Shown in pieces: positions 49,602 to 60,052 of a DNA stretch of 64,000 bases. Position numbers and translations under genes: made by a program. Positions within the stretch are counted from its first letter, which is position 1, and every line of letters begins with the position of its first letter. Location: positions 65,193 through 129,192 of the forward strand of contig CAYWXV010000003.1 in the NCBI GenBank assembly GCA_964462535.1, given 5' to 3'. Origin of the DNA: an uncultured Alphaproteobacteria bacterium (GTDB taxonomy: Bacteria; Bacteroidota; Ignavibacteria; OLB7). The notes under the pieces were generated by a model that saw nothing but the letters and a program-made list of their open reading frames with translations, had not been told where the DNA came from and ran no database searches.

Positions 49602-50411
49602 CTACTGACGGTTGGGTTCGGCACCTGGCGTGTGTGCTTCGGCCATCTCTTTGATGAATGTCGAGGCATTCTTCCCCTGCTGCGTCGTCGAGTCGATATC
49701 CACGACGCGCTGCATCCAATGGATCGAGCTGTCCCTGTTTTGCTTGTACATGTACATCATCGCCATCAGGTAGGGGGCGTTCTGGTGACGGGGGGCGGCA
49801 CTAATGGCCTTCTTCAGCTCGGTCATGGCGCCGTCGACGTCCATCAGATTAGCCATGCAGTAGGCCATGTCTGTTCGAACATCGGCGTCGTCGGGGTGGC
49901 GCCCCAGGTAGTCTCGATAGAGAGTAATGGCCTCTTCGAAACGGTTTAGATCGTAGTAGTAGTTCGCCAGATCGAGGCGCAACGAATCGTTTCCAGGGTT
50001 GGCGTCCAGTTGCTTCTTCAATTCGTCGGCCTTCGCAGTCATCTCCTTCTTCATCCGTTCCATCTCCGCCTTCTGTTCCGGCGTCATGTCGGCACCCTCT
50101 CCTGACGTCGGCGGGTGCCCTGCCGGCATTCCGTTCTGCGCCGTATTCCCCTGAGGCGGACCTTTCACCTCGTCTGGATTTGACACCTCATAGATAAGCC
50201 ACGTCAGGGCAAGTACGCCCAGTCCGACGACGTAGTAGGGGAGTGGGCTCCGTCGCCGACCAGTCGTGGCACGTGCTTCGTGTGAGGCGGGCGTCCGGGA
50301 CGTCGCATCAACAGAGGCCACTTCGTGGCTCTGCACTGGCTCTCCGCAATTCGCGCAGGCCTCCATTGATGGGTCGAGTGGGGATCCGCAACTGTGGCAG
50401 TACGATTTCAT
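49602..50411 (-). CDS. zinc-ribbon + TM + TPR-repeat protein
   Basis: N-terminal CHSCGSPL...CANCGEPV zinc ribbon, one TM (VVGLGVLALTWLIY), C-terminal TPR repeats. Confidence 0.65.
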   Translation of the reverse strand: MKSYCHSCGSPLDPSMEACANCGEPVQSHEVASVDATSRTPASHEARATTGRRRSPLPYYVVGLGVLALTWLIYEVSNPDEVKGPPQGNTAQNGMPAGHPPTSGEGADMTPEQKAEMERMKKEMTAKADELKKQLDANPGNDSLRLDLANYYYDLNRFEEAITLYRDYLGRHPDDADVRTDMAYCMANLMDVDGAMTELKKAISAAPRHQNAPYLMAMMYMYKQNRDSSIHWMQRVVDIDSTTQQGKNASTFIKEMAEAHTPGAEPNRQ

Positions 50412-50725
50412 TCCGCCGGTTCGTCAGATGACTGGGATGCGTTCTTGATCGAACGATTGACGAGGTCCCGGAATTCCCGGGAGACCTTGAAGTGGGGGAC
50501 GAACTGGCCGTCGAGATCGACCACCTCCCCCGTGCGCGGGTTCCTGCCGATACGGGGGGCTCGTTCCTTCACACGAAACGTTCCAAAGCCGCGAAGCTCT
50601 ACGTGTTCGTTGTGGCAGAGGGCATCGATCACGGTCTTCAGAAAACCGTCAACCACGGCTTCGGTCTCCAGTTTCGTCAGCCCCGTCCCTTCGGCTACGC
50701 GATCTACTATATCGGACTTGGTCAT
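50408..50725 (-). CDS. hup: HU family DNA-binding protein
   Basis: MTKSDIVDRVAEGTGLTKLETEAVVDGFL...GFGTFRVKERAPRIGRNPRTGE. Its stop overlaps the downstream start by 4 nt. Confidence 0.9.
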   Translation of the reverse strand: MTKSDIVDRVAEGTGLTKLETEAVVDGFLKTVIDALCHNEHVELRGFGTFRVKERAPRIGRNPRTGEVVDLDGQFVPHFKVSREFRDLVNRSIKNASQSSDEPAE

Positions 50726-50852
50726 AGCACGCCAAGATGCGAAAGGACTCAGGATTCAACAATTGCAGTCCGTATTCGGTCGGTAACACACTATGCGCCA
50801 TATTTGGCCTCCCTCGCTTCTGCCGCGAATCCACAATCCAACAGGAAGACTG

Positions 50853-51686
50853 ATGACCAACACGAGACGATTGACCATCCTGGCGCTTGCGATGGGAGCC
50901 ACGATTGCGGCGTGTGGAGACAAGGGATCCAAGGATGCGGGGAGCGACGACTCCACCGCGAACAAGCCATCCGTACCAACGGAACTGCGAATCGTCGCCG
51001 GCGAGAACAGTCCGGCCCCCGCGGACCCCAAGCTGATTGTAATCACCCCTGCCTCGGAAGAGATCGTTCAGACCGATAGCGTAATCGTCAAGGTGAAGCT
51101 GGATGGATTCGAGCTTCAATCGCCTACAGCGGGAGAGGTCGAGAAAGGGATTGCCTATTCAAAAGAGGGGCAGCACATCCACGTGATCATTGACGACAAG
51201 CCCTACATGGCGATGTACACGCCTGAGGGGTTTTCTGTCGGGGCGCTAAGTGAAGGGGTTCACACTCTCCGCGCATTTCCAAGCAGATCGTGGCACGAGT
51301 CCATCAAAGCTCCCCACGCTTTTGTCGCCCACACGTTCTACGTGAAAACGAAGACTGGCGACATCGTGCATGACCCCATCGCGCCGCTGCTGACGTACAG
51401 TCGGCCGAAGGGGGAGTACAAGGGTGCTGATGCAGCCCGGATACTGCTTGACTTCTACGTTTCGAACTGCGAGCTGGGACCGGACAAGTTCAAAGTGATC
51501 GCCACGATCGATGGAGCGCTGACAGACACCCTCACGCAGTGGGTTCCCTATTTCATCGAGGGGATGCCGAAGGGAGAGCACACCATACATCTCCGGCTGA
51601 TCGGCCCGGACGGGAAGCCCGTTGCCGGCCCCTTCAATGACGTTGAGCGGAAAATCACTGTCGATCCGACCGCGGAGCCTCAGTAA
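50853..51686 (+). CDS. hypothetical lipoprotein
   Basis: ATG at 50853 gives MTNTRRLTILALAMGATIAAC (lipobox). No recognised domain. Its stop overlaps the next start (TAATG). Confidence 0.55.
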   Translation: MTNTRRLTILALAMGATIAACGDKGSKDAGSDDSTANKPSVPTELRIVAGENSPAPADPKLIVITPASEEIVQTDSVIVKVKLDGFELQSPTAGEVEKGIAYSKEGQHIHVIIDDKPYMAMYTPEGFSVGALSEGVHTLRAFPSRSWHESIKAPHAFVAHTFYVKTKTGDIVHDPIAPLLTYSRPKGEYKGADAARILLDFYVSNCELGPDKFKVIATIDGALTDTLTQWVPYFIEGMPKGEHTIHLRLIGPDGKPVAGPFNDVERKITVDPTAEPQ

Positions 51687-52342
51687 TGCACGACCTGATC
51701 ATCAGGCAGACACACATGACGGTCCCGGTCGGGACCATCTACTGCCTCGGGAAGAACTACGAGAAGCATATCCGTGAGATGGGAGGAGCAGGACCAACGC
51801 CACCCGTCATCTTTATCAAACCGAGAACGGCTCTCGTAAGGCCGGGGGGAATTGTGCATCGACCGGCAATCTCGAGCGAGATGCACCATGAGGTAGAACT
51901 TGTTGCGGTGATTGGGAAGAAGGGGAAGGGGATTCCGGAGGCCGAGGCGATGGACCACATTCAGGGGTTCGCCATCGGCGTCGACCTGACGCTACGAGAT
52001 GTTCAGGCGGTTGCCAAGCAACGGGGAGAGCCCTGGGCGGTGGCGAAGGGGTTTGACGGGTCAGCTCCCGTCAGCGAGGTCCTCGTGCGCACGGAGATAC
52101 CCGACCCGCAGGATCTGACGCTCCGATTGAGTGTCAACGGCAAGGTTCGCCAGGAGGGAAGCACTCGCGACATGATCCTAACGGTTCCCGGCGTCATCGC
52201 ATATCTCTCAACAATCTTCACGCTGGAGCCTGGCGACTGCGTCTTCACCGGGACGCCCGAAGGTGTTGGACCGGTGGAGCCCGGTGAAACGATACGCGCC
52301 GAGATCGTGGGACACATTGCCGCCGAATGGAACGTCGCGTGA
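51686..52342 (+). CDS. fumarylacetoacetate hydrolase (FAH) family protein
   Basis: IYCLGKNYEKHIREMG...PVIFIKP...HHEVELVAVIGKKG follows the FAH-family pattern. Confidence 0.8.
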   Translation: MHDLIIRQTHMTVPVGTIYCLGKNYEKHIREMGGAGPTPPVIFIKPRTALVRPGGIVHRPAISSEMHHEVELVAVIGKKGKGIPEAEAMDHIQGFAIGVDLTLRDVQAVAKQRGEPWAVAKGFDGSAPVSEVLVRTEIPDPQDLTLRLSVNGKVRQEGSTRDMILTVPGVIAYLSTIFTLEPGDCVFTGTPEGVGPVEPGETIRAEIVGHIAAEWNVA

Positions 52343-52346
52343 TCGT

Positions 52347-55226
52347 CTAATGTGCCTCGAACCAGTTTTCACCAGAACCGGTGTCGACCACAAGGGGGAC
52401 GCTACCGAGATCGTACGCCCCCTCCATCTTCGCCTTTACGAACGCAGATAGGTCAGGGACGACGTCACGTGGTGCCTCGAACACAAGTTCGTCATGGACC
52501 TGCATCAGCATTGATGCCGATGGGAACCGAAGTGGAAGTTCTCGGTGGATGTCGATCATCGCCAGCTTGATGATGTCGGCCGCCGTCCCCTGAATCGGCA
52601 TGTTGACAGCAGCTCGTTCCTCCGCCCCTCGACGGGCAGCGTTCGAAGCATTGATCTCTCTGTAATACCGCCTCCTGCCACTCAACGTCTCCACGTACCC
52701 CCGCGTCCTGGCGAGCGCAATCGTCTCATCGATGTAGGCACGGACGCCTGGATAGTTTGCGAAGTACGTTCCTATCAACTCCTTCGCTTCCGTTTGCGAA
52801 ATCTTCAGTCGACGCGCCAGTCCAAACGGGCCGATTCCATACATGATGCCGAAGTTCACCTCCTTGGCTTTCCGCCGCATGTTCGGATCCAGCCCATTTC
52901 TGTCCACGTTGAACACGCGCATCGCCGTCGCTGCGTGGACATCCTCACCCTGTTCAAACGCCCGTATCAACTCAGGATCGCCGCAGACATACGCCATGAT
53001 GCGCAGCTCTATCTGAGAGTAATCGGCGGAGAGAATCATTCCGTCCGGTATGCCTGGTATGAACGCCTTTCGAATCTCGCGACCGATCTCCGTCCGGACC
53101 GGGATGTTCTGGAGGTTAGGGTTGTTCGATGATAGCCGACCGGTCGACGCCACCGCCTGGTTGTACGACGTGTGAATCCTACCTGTCCGCCGATTGATCA
53201 TTGCCGGAAGTGCGTCGACGTACGTGCTCTTCAGCTTGGCCACCTGCCGGTACTCGAGAATCTTTTCCGGTAAGGGGTGGAGTGCCGCAAGCTCTTCCAT
53301 TACGAACTGATCCGTGCTGTACCCCGTCTTCGTCTTCTTCTTGGTTGGCAGCCCGAGCTTTTCAAAGAGAATCTCCGCGAGCTGTTTTGGTGAGCCAATG
53401 TTGAACGACACCCCTGCCAGCTGATGGATCTCCTCCTCGACACGCGCCCCCTGTAGCTCCAGATCGCGCGAGATGTCGCGTAGTGACGGCTCATCGATCT
53501 TAACGCCCGTCGATTCCATTCTGGTCAAGACTTCGACCAGAGGGAAGTCGTATCGCGTCGCCACCTCTTCCAACGCCTCGTTCTTCAGCGCTGTCTCCAG
53601 GGCATCATGAAGCTGCAGGGTGACGTCAGCATCCTCCGCTGCATACTCGGCCAGCATGTCAAGCGGGACCTCTCGCATCGAAAGCTGCCCCTTTCCTCGT
53701 GGACCGATGAGCTCGGTGATAGAGACAGGACGATATCCCAGATAGCGCATGGACAGGTCGTCCATGTTGTGCGATTGCGTCGAGTCAAGGACGTAGCTGG
53801 CAAGCATCGTGTCGAAGGCCACGCCGCGTACCTCGATGCCGGCACGCATCAGCATCAGCATATCGAACTTGGCGTTCTGCCCGACCTTCGGAATGTCAGG
53901 GTTCTGCAGAATGGGCCCCAGATGCTCGGCCACATCGTCGAACGAAAGTCCGCTTGTTGCCCGGAGCTCCACACGTTTCTCAAACAGGGTATCGCCGTCC
54001 ATCGCCCGTTCAATCGCGTCCGTGGCGATGGGGACATAGTAGGCCGTTCCGGGTGCGATCGAGAACGAGAAACCGATGATGGAATCAGTCTCCCAATCGA
54101 GCCCATCTGTTTCAAGATCGAACGACACGAGAGGGGCAGAGCGAAGCGCTGTGGCGAGTGCGGCGAGTTCCTCCAGTGTCGTTATGACGTGGTAGGTGTG
54201 GGGGACATCGGCAATTGTTCGATAGTTCTCTTCCACCGGAGTCTCTTCCGGAACCGGCCCCGCCGTCTCTATATCCGCTTCACTACTACTCTGCGGCTTC
54301 GGCTCCTCCGTCGATTGATGGCGTGTGACATCAACACCATCAAGTGCTGCCTTCTCCTTGAAGCGCGTAACGAGGGATTTGAATCCCAGGTCTTCAAAGA
54401 GGGCAAGAAGGCCGGCGTAGTCCGGCTGTTCCATGTGGAGCGCCTCAAACGAGACGTCTATTGGAGCCTGTGTGTGAATCGTAACCAGCTCCTTCGACAT
54501 AAACGCCATCTCCCTCCCTTCCAGAAGCTTCTTCCGGACACCAGGCTTCGGGATGTCATCGATGTGTTCATAGACACCCTCGACAGAGCCATACTCCTGA
54601 ATCAACGGGATCGCCGTCTTCTCACCGATTCCCTTCACGCCGGGAACGTTATCGGCCGTGTCACCAACAAGAGCGAGAACATCGATGACCTGTTCGGGCG
54701 TTACTCCGAATCGTTCGCGCACGCCATCGATGTCGACGACCTCTTCGGGTGCTGTCGGCTTGGACGGCCGAATGATCTTCACCTTGTCGTCGACGAGCTG
54801 GAAGAAGTCCTTGTCAGGCGTGACACAGAAGACGTCGTACCCCTGCAGTGACGCGCGCCGTGCCACGGTCCCGATCAGGTCGTCAGCCTCGTAGCCTGGA
54901 AGTTCAAGCGAAGGAATGTGGAAGAGGTCGACGATCTGCTGAACGCGGGCGCGCTGCGGAATGAGATCCTCGGGAAAGGGGGGACGATTGGCTTTGTAGT
55001 CGGTGAACTGTTCGTGGCGAAACGTTGGCGCTGCGGTATCCCACGCAACCGCCACCAACTCGGGCTTGTGTTGTTCCAGGAGTCGAACCAGCGCGGTTGC
55101 AAACGCAAACGTACCTCCAGTCGGTTCCCCCTTCTTTGTTGTCAGTGGTGTGGAGATCAGCGCGAAGTATCCTCGAAAGAGGATTGCCATGCCGTCGAGG
55201 AGGTAGAGTCGCTTGGATTCAGACAT
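52347..55226 (-). CDS. polA: DNA polymerase I
   Basis: ATG at 55226 gives MSESKRLYLLDGMAILFRGYFA (5'-3' exonuclease N-terminus). Internal 3'-5' exo-like region. C-terminal RRAAKAVNFGIMYG and QVHDELVFE polymerase motifs. Confidence 0.9.
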   Translation of the reverse strand: MSESKRLYLLDGMAILFRGYFALISTPLTTKKGEPTGGTFAFATALVRLLEQHKPELVAVAWDTAAPTFRHEQFTDYKANRPPFPEDLIPQRARVQQIVDLFHIPSLELPGYEADDLIGTVARRASLQGYDVFCVTPDKDFFQLVDDKVKIIRPSKPTAPEEVVDIDGVRERFGVTPEQVIDVLALVGDTADNVPGVKGIGEKTAIPLIQEYGSVEGVYEHIDDIPKPGVRKKLLEGREMAFMSKELVTIHTQAPIDVSFEALHMEQPDYAGLLALFEDLGFKSLVTRFKEKAALDGVDVTRHQSTEEPKPQSSSEADIETAGPVPEETPVEENYRTIADVPHTYHVITTLEELAALATALRSAPLVSFDLETDGLDWETDSIIGFSFSIAPGTAYYVPIATDAIERAMDGDTLFEKRVELRATSGLSFDDVAEHLGPILQNPDIPKVGQNAKFDMLMLMRAGIEVRGVAFDTMLASYVLDSTQSHNMDDLSMRYLGYRPVSITELIGPRGKGQLSMREVPLDMLAEYAAEDADVTLQLHDALETALKNEALEEVATRYDFPLVEVLTRMESTGVKIDEPSLRDISRDLELQGARVEEEIHQLAGVSFNIGSPKQLAEILFEKLGLPTKKKTKTGYSTDQFVMEELAALHPLPEKILEYRQVAKLKSTYVDALPAMINRRTGRIHTSYNQAVASTGRLSSNNPNLQNIPVRTEIGREIRKAFIPGIPDGMILSADYSQIELRIMAYVCGDPELIRAFEQGEDVHAATAMRVFNVDRNGLDPNMRRKAKEVNFGIMYGIGPFGLARRLKISQTEAKELIGTYFANYPGVRAYIDETIALARTRGYVETLSGRRRYYREINASNAARRGAEERAAVNMPIQGTAADIIKLAMIDIHRELPLRFPSASMLMQVHDELVFEAPRDVVPDLSAFVKAKMEGAYDLGSVPLVVDTGSGENWFEAH

Positions 55227-55290
55227 GGCGCGAAAATACGACGGTCTCACTTGCCCCCCGCGGACCGGGGACGTAATATTGGCCCCGTCC

Positions 55291-57369
55291 ATGACGTTCC
55301 TGAACCCACTCCTACTCCTGGGGCTGATCGCCGCGTCGATCCCGCTTCTTCTTCATCTGCTCAACCTCCGAAAGCTTCGGACGGTCGAGTTCTCGTCGCT
55401 CCGCTTTCTGAAGGAGCTGCAGAAGTCGAAGATGAGGAGGATGCGACTCCGTCAGATACTCCTGCTGATCCTCCGCACGCTCCTGGTTGTGTTTGCGGTC
55501 ATTGCCTTTGCGCGCCCTGCCTTGCAGAGCACGTCCGGGCTTCCCGGAGCGCACGCTGCAACGTCGGCCGTGATTCTGATCGACAATTCCTATTCGATGG
55601 AGGTGAAGGAAGAGGGGGGGACTCGATTGGCCGCCGCGCGACGTGGTGCGCGCCAGGTTGTAGACATACTGGAGGAAAACGACCAGGCATGGATTGTCCC
55701 GATGACAGATCCCGGTCGTGAGATTGGTGAGCCACCCACACGCAATCATGACCAGTTGGTGAAGCGTGTCGACTCCCTTCCCGCCGCGTTTCGACGCGCG
55801 GACCTGGACGAGTCGCTCCGTGCCGCCGCTGCCATTCTCGACAACACGGAAACACTCAACAGGGAGGTCTACATCCTCACGGATGCACAGCGAGCAAACG
55901 TGCAGAGCCATGCCGACTCCCTCAAGATCTTCACTCCGGAGACGCGCATCTTTGTAATGCCGATTGGCAACGAGCCTGATCGACCCATCCCGAACCTCGG
56001 GCTCGATTCGATCCGTGTCCTCTCCAGCGTGTTCGAGGTTGGTAAGCCGGTTGAAATAACTGCCTGGATACAGAACTACGGCCGAACGGACGTGGAGAAC
56101 GTCCCAGTGACCGCAACGCTGAACGGTGGGCCAGGCGGAACGGCGACGGCCACCATTCCCGCTGGCAAGAGTGTTGCTGTTGACATTACGGTTGCGCCGC
56201 GGGAATCCGGACCGCAAGCGGGATACGTCGAGTTGGCCGCCGATGCCCTCGTTGCCGACAATCGCAGGTACTTCGCCTTCCCCGTGTCAGATCGATTAAG
56301 GGTTGCTCTCCTGGGTTCCCCCGATGCTCTTCGCTTTCTGTCTCTCGCCTTTTCGGTGCTGGGGGAGACGATCGACGCTCGTGCGCTACCCCCGGGAAGC
56401 GTCGGCGCGGTCGATATGACGGAGACATCAACGATCGTGATTGCTGACGCCGTTGTGCCGGACGCGGACAGGATTGCAGCCTTCGTCGAGGGAGGGGGTG
56501 GTCTGGTCATCTATGGGGGACCTGGGCTGGATCGGAACGCCTTCAACAGCGGACTCGGCGCGCGTCTTGGGATTGCACTGGGGGCGACCGTAGTCCCGCC
56601 GAAGAGTGGGTCAACTGGTTTCGCCAGTCTCGACCGTGAACACCCCCTTTTCGCTGGTGTGTTCGATCCCACTCGGCAAGGGACGGTCTACGAGGCCCCG
56701 GTCATACGACAGTCAATTCCATCGGTGGGGGGGCAGTCTATTATTCGCACGGCTTGGGGGACGCCCTTCATGAGCGAACATCGGTGGGGGAAGGGGAAGA
56801 TCATCTACATCGCCGTCCCCCCTACAAACGCCTGGAGTGATCTTCCGTCGCGCGGAATATTTCTACCACTCGCCATCCGATCTGTACTCTATGTCGGATC
56901 ACGAAGCAACGTCTATCCAAGCGTCACTGTTGGCGAGAACGTGACCATGCCCATCCAGGCGAAAGGACCTGCACCCGAGTCGGTGACGATCGTCCGCCCG
57001 GATGGACGCGAGGAAATCGTCCCCGTGCGTTCCTATCCTTCCGGGGCAACTGTTGCCTACGACCGCACAGATGCGCGTGGCGTCTACAAGGTCATCGACA
57101 GGGGGCGGACCATAGCACTGTTCACCGCGAACATGGGGAGTGGCGAGAGCCAGTTGGAGGCGATGAGCGACGACGAACTGGAGCGGACGGTTGCGTCGCG
57201 GATGGTGAATCGTAGTGGCGTGACGATACTCAACTCTGATAAAGCTGGGTTCCGCGATGCTGTTGTTGCATCCCGTTTCGGTCTCGAGCTTTGGAAGTAT
57301 GCCCTGGGACTGGCGATTATCTGCGCCTTTGCCGAGATGTTCGTAGCCCGCACGGCGGTACGGGAATAG
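55291..57369 (+). CDS. BatA-like membrane protein: N-terminal double-TM domain followed by a vWA-like domain and a long periplasmic region
   Basis: ATG at 55291 gives MTFLNPLLLLGLIAASIPLLLHLLNLRKLRTVEFSSLRFL, a TIGR02226-type N-terminal double-TM signature. AVILIDNSYSM is a MIDAS-like motif. Confidence 0.7.
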   Translation: MTFLNPLLLLGLIAASIPLLLHLLNLRKLRTVEFSSLRFLKELQKSKMRRMRLRQILLLILRTLLVVFAVIAFARPALQSTSGLPGAHAATSAVILIDNSYSMEVKEEGGTRLAAARRGARQVVDILEENDQAWIVPMTDPGREIGEPPTRNHDQLVKRVDSLPAAFRRADLDESLRAAAAILDNTETLNREVYILTDAQRANVQSHADSLKIFTPETRIFVMPIGNEPDRPIPNLGLDSIRVLSSVFEVGKPVEITAWIQNYGRTDVENVPVTATLNGGPGGTATATIPAGKSVAVDITVAPRESGPQAGYVELAADALVADNRRYFAFPVSDRLRVALLGSPDALRFLSLAFSVLGETIDARALPPGSVGAVDMTETSTIVIADAVVPDADRIAAFVEGGGGLVIYGGPGLDRNAFNSGLGARLGIALGATVVPPKSGSTGFASLDREHPLFAGVFDPTRQGTVYEAPVIRQSIPSVGGQSIIRTAWGTPFMSEHRWGKGKIIYIAVPPTNAWSDLPSRGIFLPLAIRSVLYVGSRSNVYPSVTVGENVTMPIQAKGPAPESVTIVRPDGREEIVPVRSYPSGATVAYDRTDARGVYKVIDRGRTIALFTANMGSGESQLEAMSDDELERTVASRMVNRSGVTILNSDKAGFRDAVVASRFGLELWKYALGLAIICAFAEMFVARTAVRE

Positions 57370-57550
57370 CACCCATCAATTCCCTTGTCGGTAAAGAGCC
57401 GAGTGACTATTCTTGCGACCGTTTTTCCGCTCGGCAACCGTGGTGAACCTGTTACGTCGGCAGCGTTTCGCGTCTACCACCCATCGAACTATCTACCTCA
57501 CCGGTTCCAGGAATCAGAGATTCCATCGTCGGAGCCACACTACACCCATC

Positions 57551-58285
57551 ATGTTTCTCACATCCATTCTTACCCGCGTTGCGTTGGTCGGCGCGGTCGT
57601 TCTCTCGCTGTCGCTCGGCGCATGCTCTGACGACCAAGGGACCACGAATCCCCCCGGAGGTGGCGGGGATCAGATTACGACTGCCAAAGTCGGAAGCAAG
57701 TACATCTACGATTTCAAAATTCTCGACAAGAATGGGGCCGTCGATCCATCTGCATTCTCACTGAAAAACGACGACACGTCGGCGACGATAATCTTCACCG
57801 GCGTCTCTCGTGACACGGTACCTTCAGTGAGTGTCAGCGTCGACCGCGAGGATTCAACCTTCTTCAATTTTGCCAGCGACGGTTCGCTACTCTTCAGACG
57901 GAACTGGAGCCCCTACTACGACCACGTCGAGTATGGTGCGTGGATACCGTTTCCGGGCACGGTCGGTGCGTCACGCACCGACACCGTTCTCAAGAAGAAC
58001 AACTTCCTGGTCCTGACGATCAAGGCAACCAGCAAGCGGGAGGCCGACACCACTATTACGGTGGGTTCGGAGGCTCTTGACTGCCGGAAGTACAGCACGC
58101 ATCTCGCGATACACTATCAGGGGGGCGCCGCGTACAACGATGGCCATGCAGACATGGTCCTCTACGTCTCCAAGAAACTCGGCTACGTCGTGAAAGAGTG
58201 GTACCTCCGTGGTGGTCAGAATGAATCAGGGAATGAATACGAAGGGGGTCACGTCAAGATGTTGAAGTCGTACACGCTTCAATAA
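57551..58285 (+). CDS. hypothetical lipoprotein
   Basis: ATG at 57551 gives MFLTSILTRVALVGAVVLSLSLGAC (lipobox). Beta-rich. No recognised domain. Confidence 0.5.
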   Translation: MFLTSILTRVALVGAVVLSLSLGACSDDQGTTNPPGGGGDQITTAKVGSKYIYDFKILDKNGAVDPSAFSLKNDDTSATIIFTGVSRDTVPSVSVSVDREDSTFFNFASDGSLLFRRNWSPYYDHVEYGAWIPFPGTVGASRTDTVLKKNNFLVLTIKATSKREADTTITVGSEALDCRKYSTHLAIHYQGGAAYNDGHADMVLYVSKKLGYVVKEWYLRGGQNESGNEYEGGHVKMLKSYTLQ

Positions 58286-58335
58286 GTGGGTCAGTGGGGG
58301 CGGTGGTTCCGATAACCGGGACTCGCCCTCCGGAA

Positions 58336-58382
58336 TGAAAAATCGTGCGAATGCGGTTGTTGCATTCGCACGATTTTCTTTG
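58336..58382. terminator. bidirectional intrinsic terminator between convergent genes
   Basis: 16-bp near-perfect inverted repeat aaaatcgtgcgaatgc / gcattcgcacgatttt with loop ggttgtt, flanked by gaaaa on one side and ttcttt on the other (U-tracts in both orientations). Confidence 0.75.
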
Positions 58383-58414
58383 TTGAGATGCGATCGCCGA
58401 AACTATGGGTGCCG

Positions 58415-60052
58415 CTACATTCTGCTCTGCTCGACGAGGCTGATAAACTCCGTTCGGTATCCCTCGATATCTGTGCCGATGGCTGATCGAGCGAGATTGA
58501 GTACGTCATCGAATGACGCATTCCCCTTATGCTTCGAGTTTCTCAGTAGCAGTCCCCATTCCGCAACGGCAGCTGCAAACCGGAGATTCTCGGAGGCTTC
58601 ACCAATCTCACGCCGAGACGCGACGGCCGGACCCGTCACGAGCCTGCTCGTTTCTTCGTTCGGCAACTTGTAGCGCAACTTGACCGACAGGATATCGCCG
58701 TTCCCGAATTGGGTGGAAGTGAAATCGTTGTCGCGCGTGGCAGCCTGTTGGCGATCTGTTCCTTCTACGATGAGGTCGGGTCGCCCCCCCGTAGAAGCCC
58801 CTGCCGGCACGATCTCGTACAACGCGGTGACGTTGTGTCCCGCACCAAGCTCACCAGCATCCTTTGCGTCGTTCTCAAAGTCTTCGTTTGCCAGTCGCCT
58901 GTTCTCGTAACCGATCAACCGATATGCAAGAACCGTACTCGGATTGAATTCAACCTGGATCTTTACATCCTTTGCGATGGTGAAGAGAGTGGAGGTCAAT
59001 TCCGTTTCAAAGACCTTTCGCGCCTCCCGCTCCGTGTCCAGATACGCATAGTGCCCGTTCCCCTTGTCGGCGAGCATCTCGAGTGTTGCGTCCTGGAGGT
59101 TGTCCCTCCCGACACCCAGAACCGTGAGGAAGATTCCCTCCTTCCTCTTCGCCTCAATAAGTCGTTCCAGCCCACCGATGTCAGAAATCCCGACGTTGAA
59201 ATCCCCATCCGTCGCCAGGATGACACGGTTATTTCCGTTCTCGATGAAGGCCGACCGCGCCGCATTGTAGGCGAGTTGAATGCCCTCTCCACCTGCAGTA
59301 CTACCTCCCGCTTCAAGATTGTCGATCGCGTTCAGGATCGTCTGCCGATCCGTCCCCTTCGTTGGAGGAAGAACAAGCCCTGCGGCGCCGGCGTACACGA
59401 CGAGCGACACGCGGTCTTCATCGCGGAGTTTTGCGACCAGATATCGAAACGACTTCTTCACCAGATCAAGCTTGTCGGGGCTCTGCATCGATCCACTCAC
59501 ATCGATCAGGAAGACAAGATTGCTCGGTGGCACGCTCTCCATGCGTGCCGAGCGCCCCTGCAACCCAATCAACACGAGCTGATGGTCGCTGTTCCATGGA
59601 CACTGCGCGACGTCTGTGGTGATAGAAAACGGATGTGTCGTAGAGGGCTGGGGATAGTCGTAGTGGAAGTAGTTGATCAACTCCTCGATGCGCACTGCGT
59701 CGGCTGGAGGTGGTGACCCGGCAGTAATGAAGCGGCGAACATTGCTGTATGAGGCCGCATCGACATCGATCGAGAATGTGGAGCGAGGCATCGAGCGCGC
59801 GCTCATGAATGCGTTCTCGACAATCGGTGCATAGGTCTCTCTCGTTGCTCCGTTCTCCATAGGCGTTTCGTCGGCGAGCGAGATGTCAGTTGCTGATGAA
59901 TCGGTCATGAGGCTACGCGTGGACGACGGCGCCGACTCCTGCGCCCCCATCATAGCACTCTTGTGGATCTCGTGCGTGCCGCACGACGCCAGCCCTAACG
60001 CCACCGTCAATCCGAACGAAAAGAGAATAGCAGTTCCGCCTCTGCGTTTCAT
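58415..60052 (-). CDS. von Willebrand factor A domain lipoprotein (YfbK-like)
   Basis: Lipoprotein signal LGLASCG. VFLIDVSGSM MIDAS motif. ...ATDGDFNVG... matches YfbK-type vWA proteins. 545 aa. Confidence 0.8.
   Translation of the reverse strand: MKRRGGTAILFSFGLTVALGLASCGTHEIHKSAMMGAQESAPSSTRSLMTDSSATDISLADETPMENGATRETYAPIVENAFMSARSMPRSTFSIDVDAASYSNVRRFITAGSPPPADAVRIEELINYFHYDYPQPSTTHPFSITTDVAQCPWNSDHQLVLIGLQGRSARMESVPPSNLVFLIDVSGSMQSPDKLDLVKKSFRYLVAKLRDEDRVSLVVYAGAAGLVLPPTKGTDRQTILNAIDNLEAGGSTAGGEGIQLAYNAARSAFIENGNNRVILATDGDFNVGISDIGGLERLIEAKRKEGIFLTVLGVGRDNLQDATLEMLADKGNGHYAYLDTEREARKVFETELTSTLFTIAKDVKIQVEFNPSTVLAYRLIGYENRRLANEDFENDAKDAGELGAGHNVTALYEIVPAGASTGGRPDLIVEGTDRQQAATRDNDFTSTQFGNGDILSVKLRYKLPNEETSRLVTGPAVASRREIGEASENLRFAAAVAEWGLLLRNSKHKGNASFDDVLNLARSAIGTDIEGYRTEFISLVEQSRM

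Noticed and set aside
53607-54851. 414-aa ORF antisense to polA
   Set aside because: polA is securely identified on the minus strand. The antisense frame has no recognisable domain.
58709-59716. 335-aa ORF antisense to the YfbK-like vWA gene
   Set aside because: The vWA lipoprotein on the minus strand has clear MIDAS and signal-peptide features. The plus-strand frame is an artefact.
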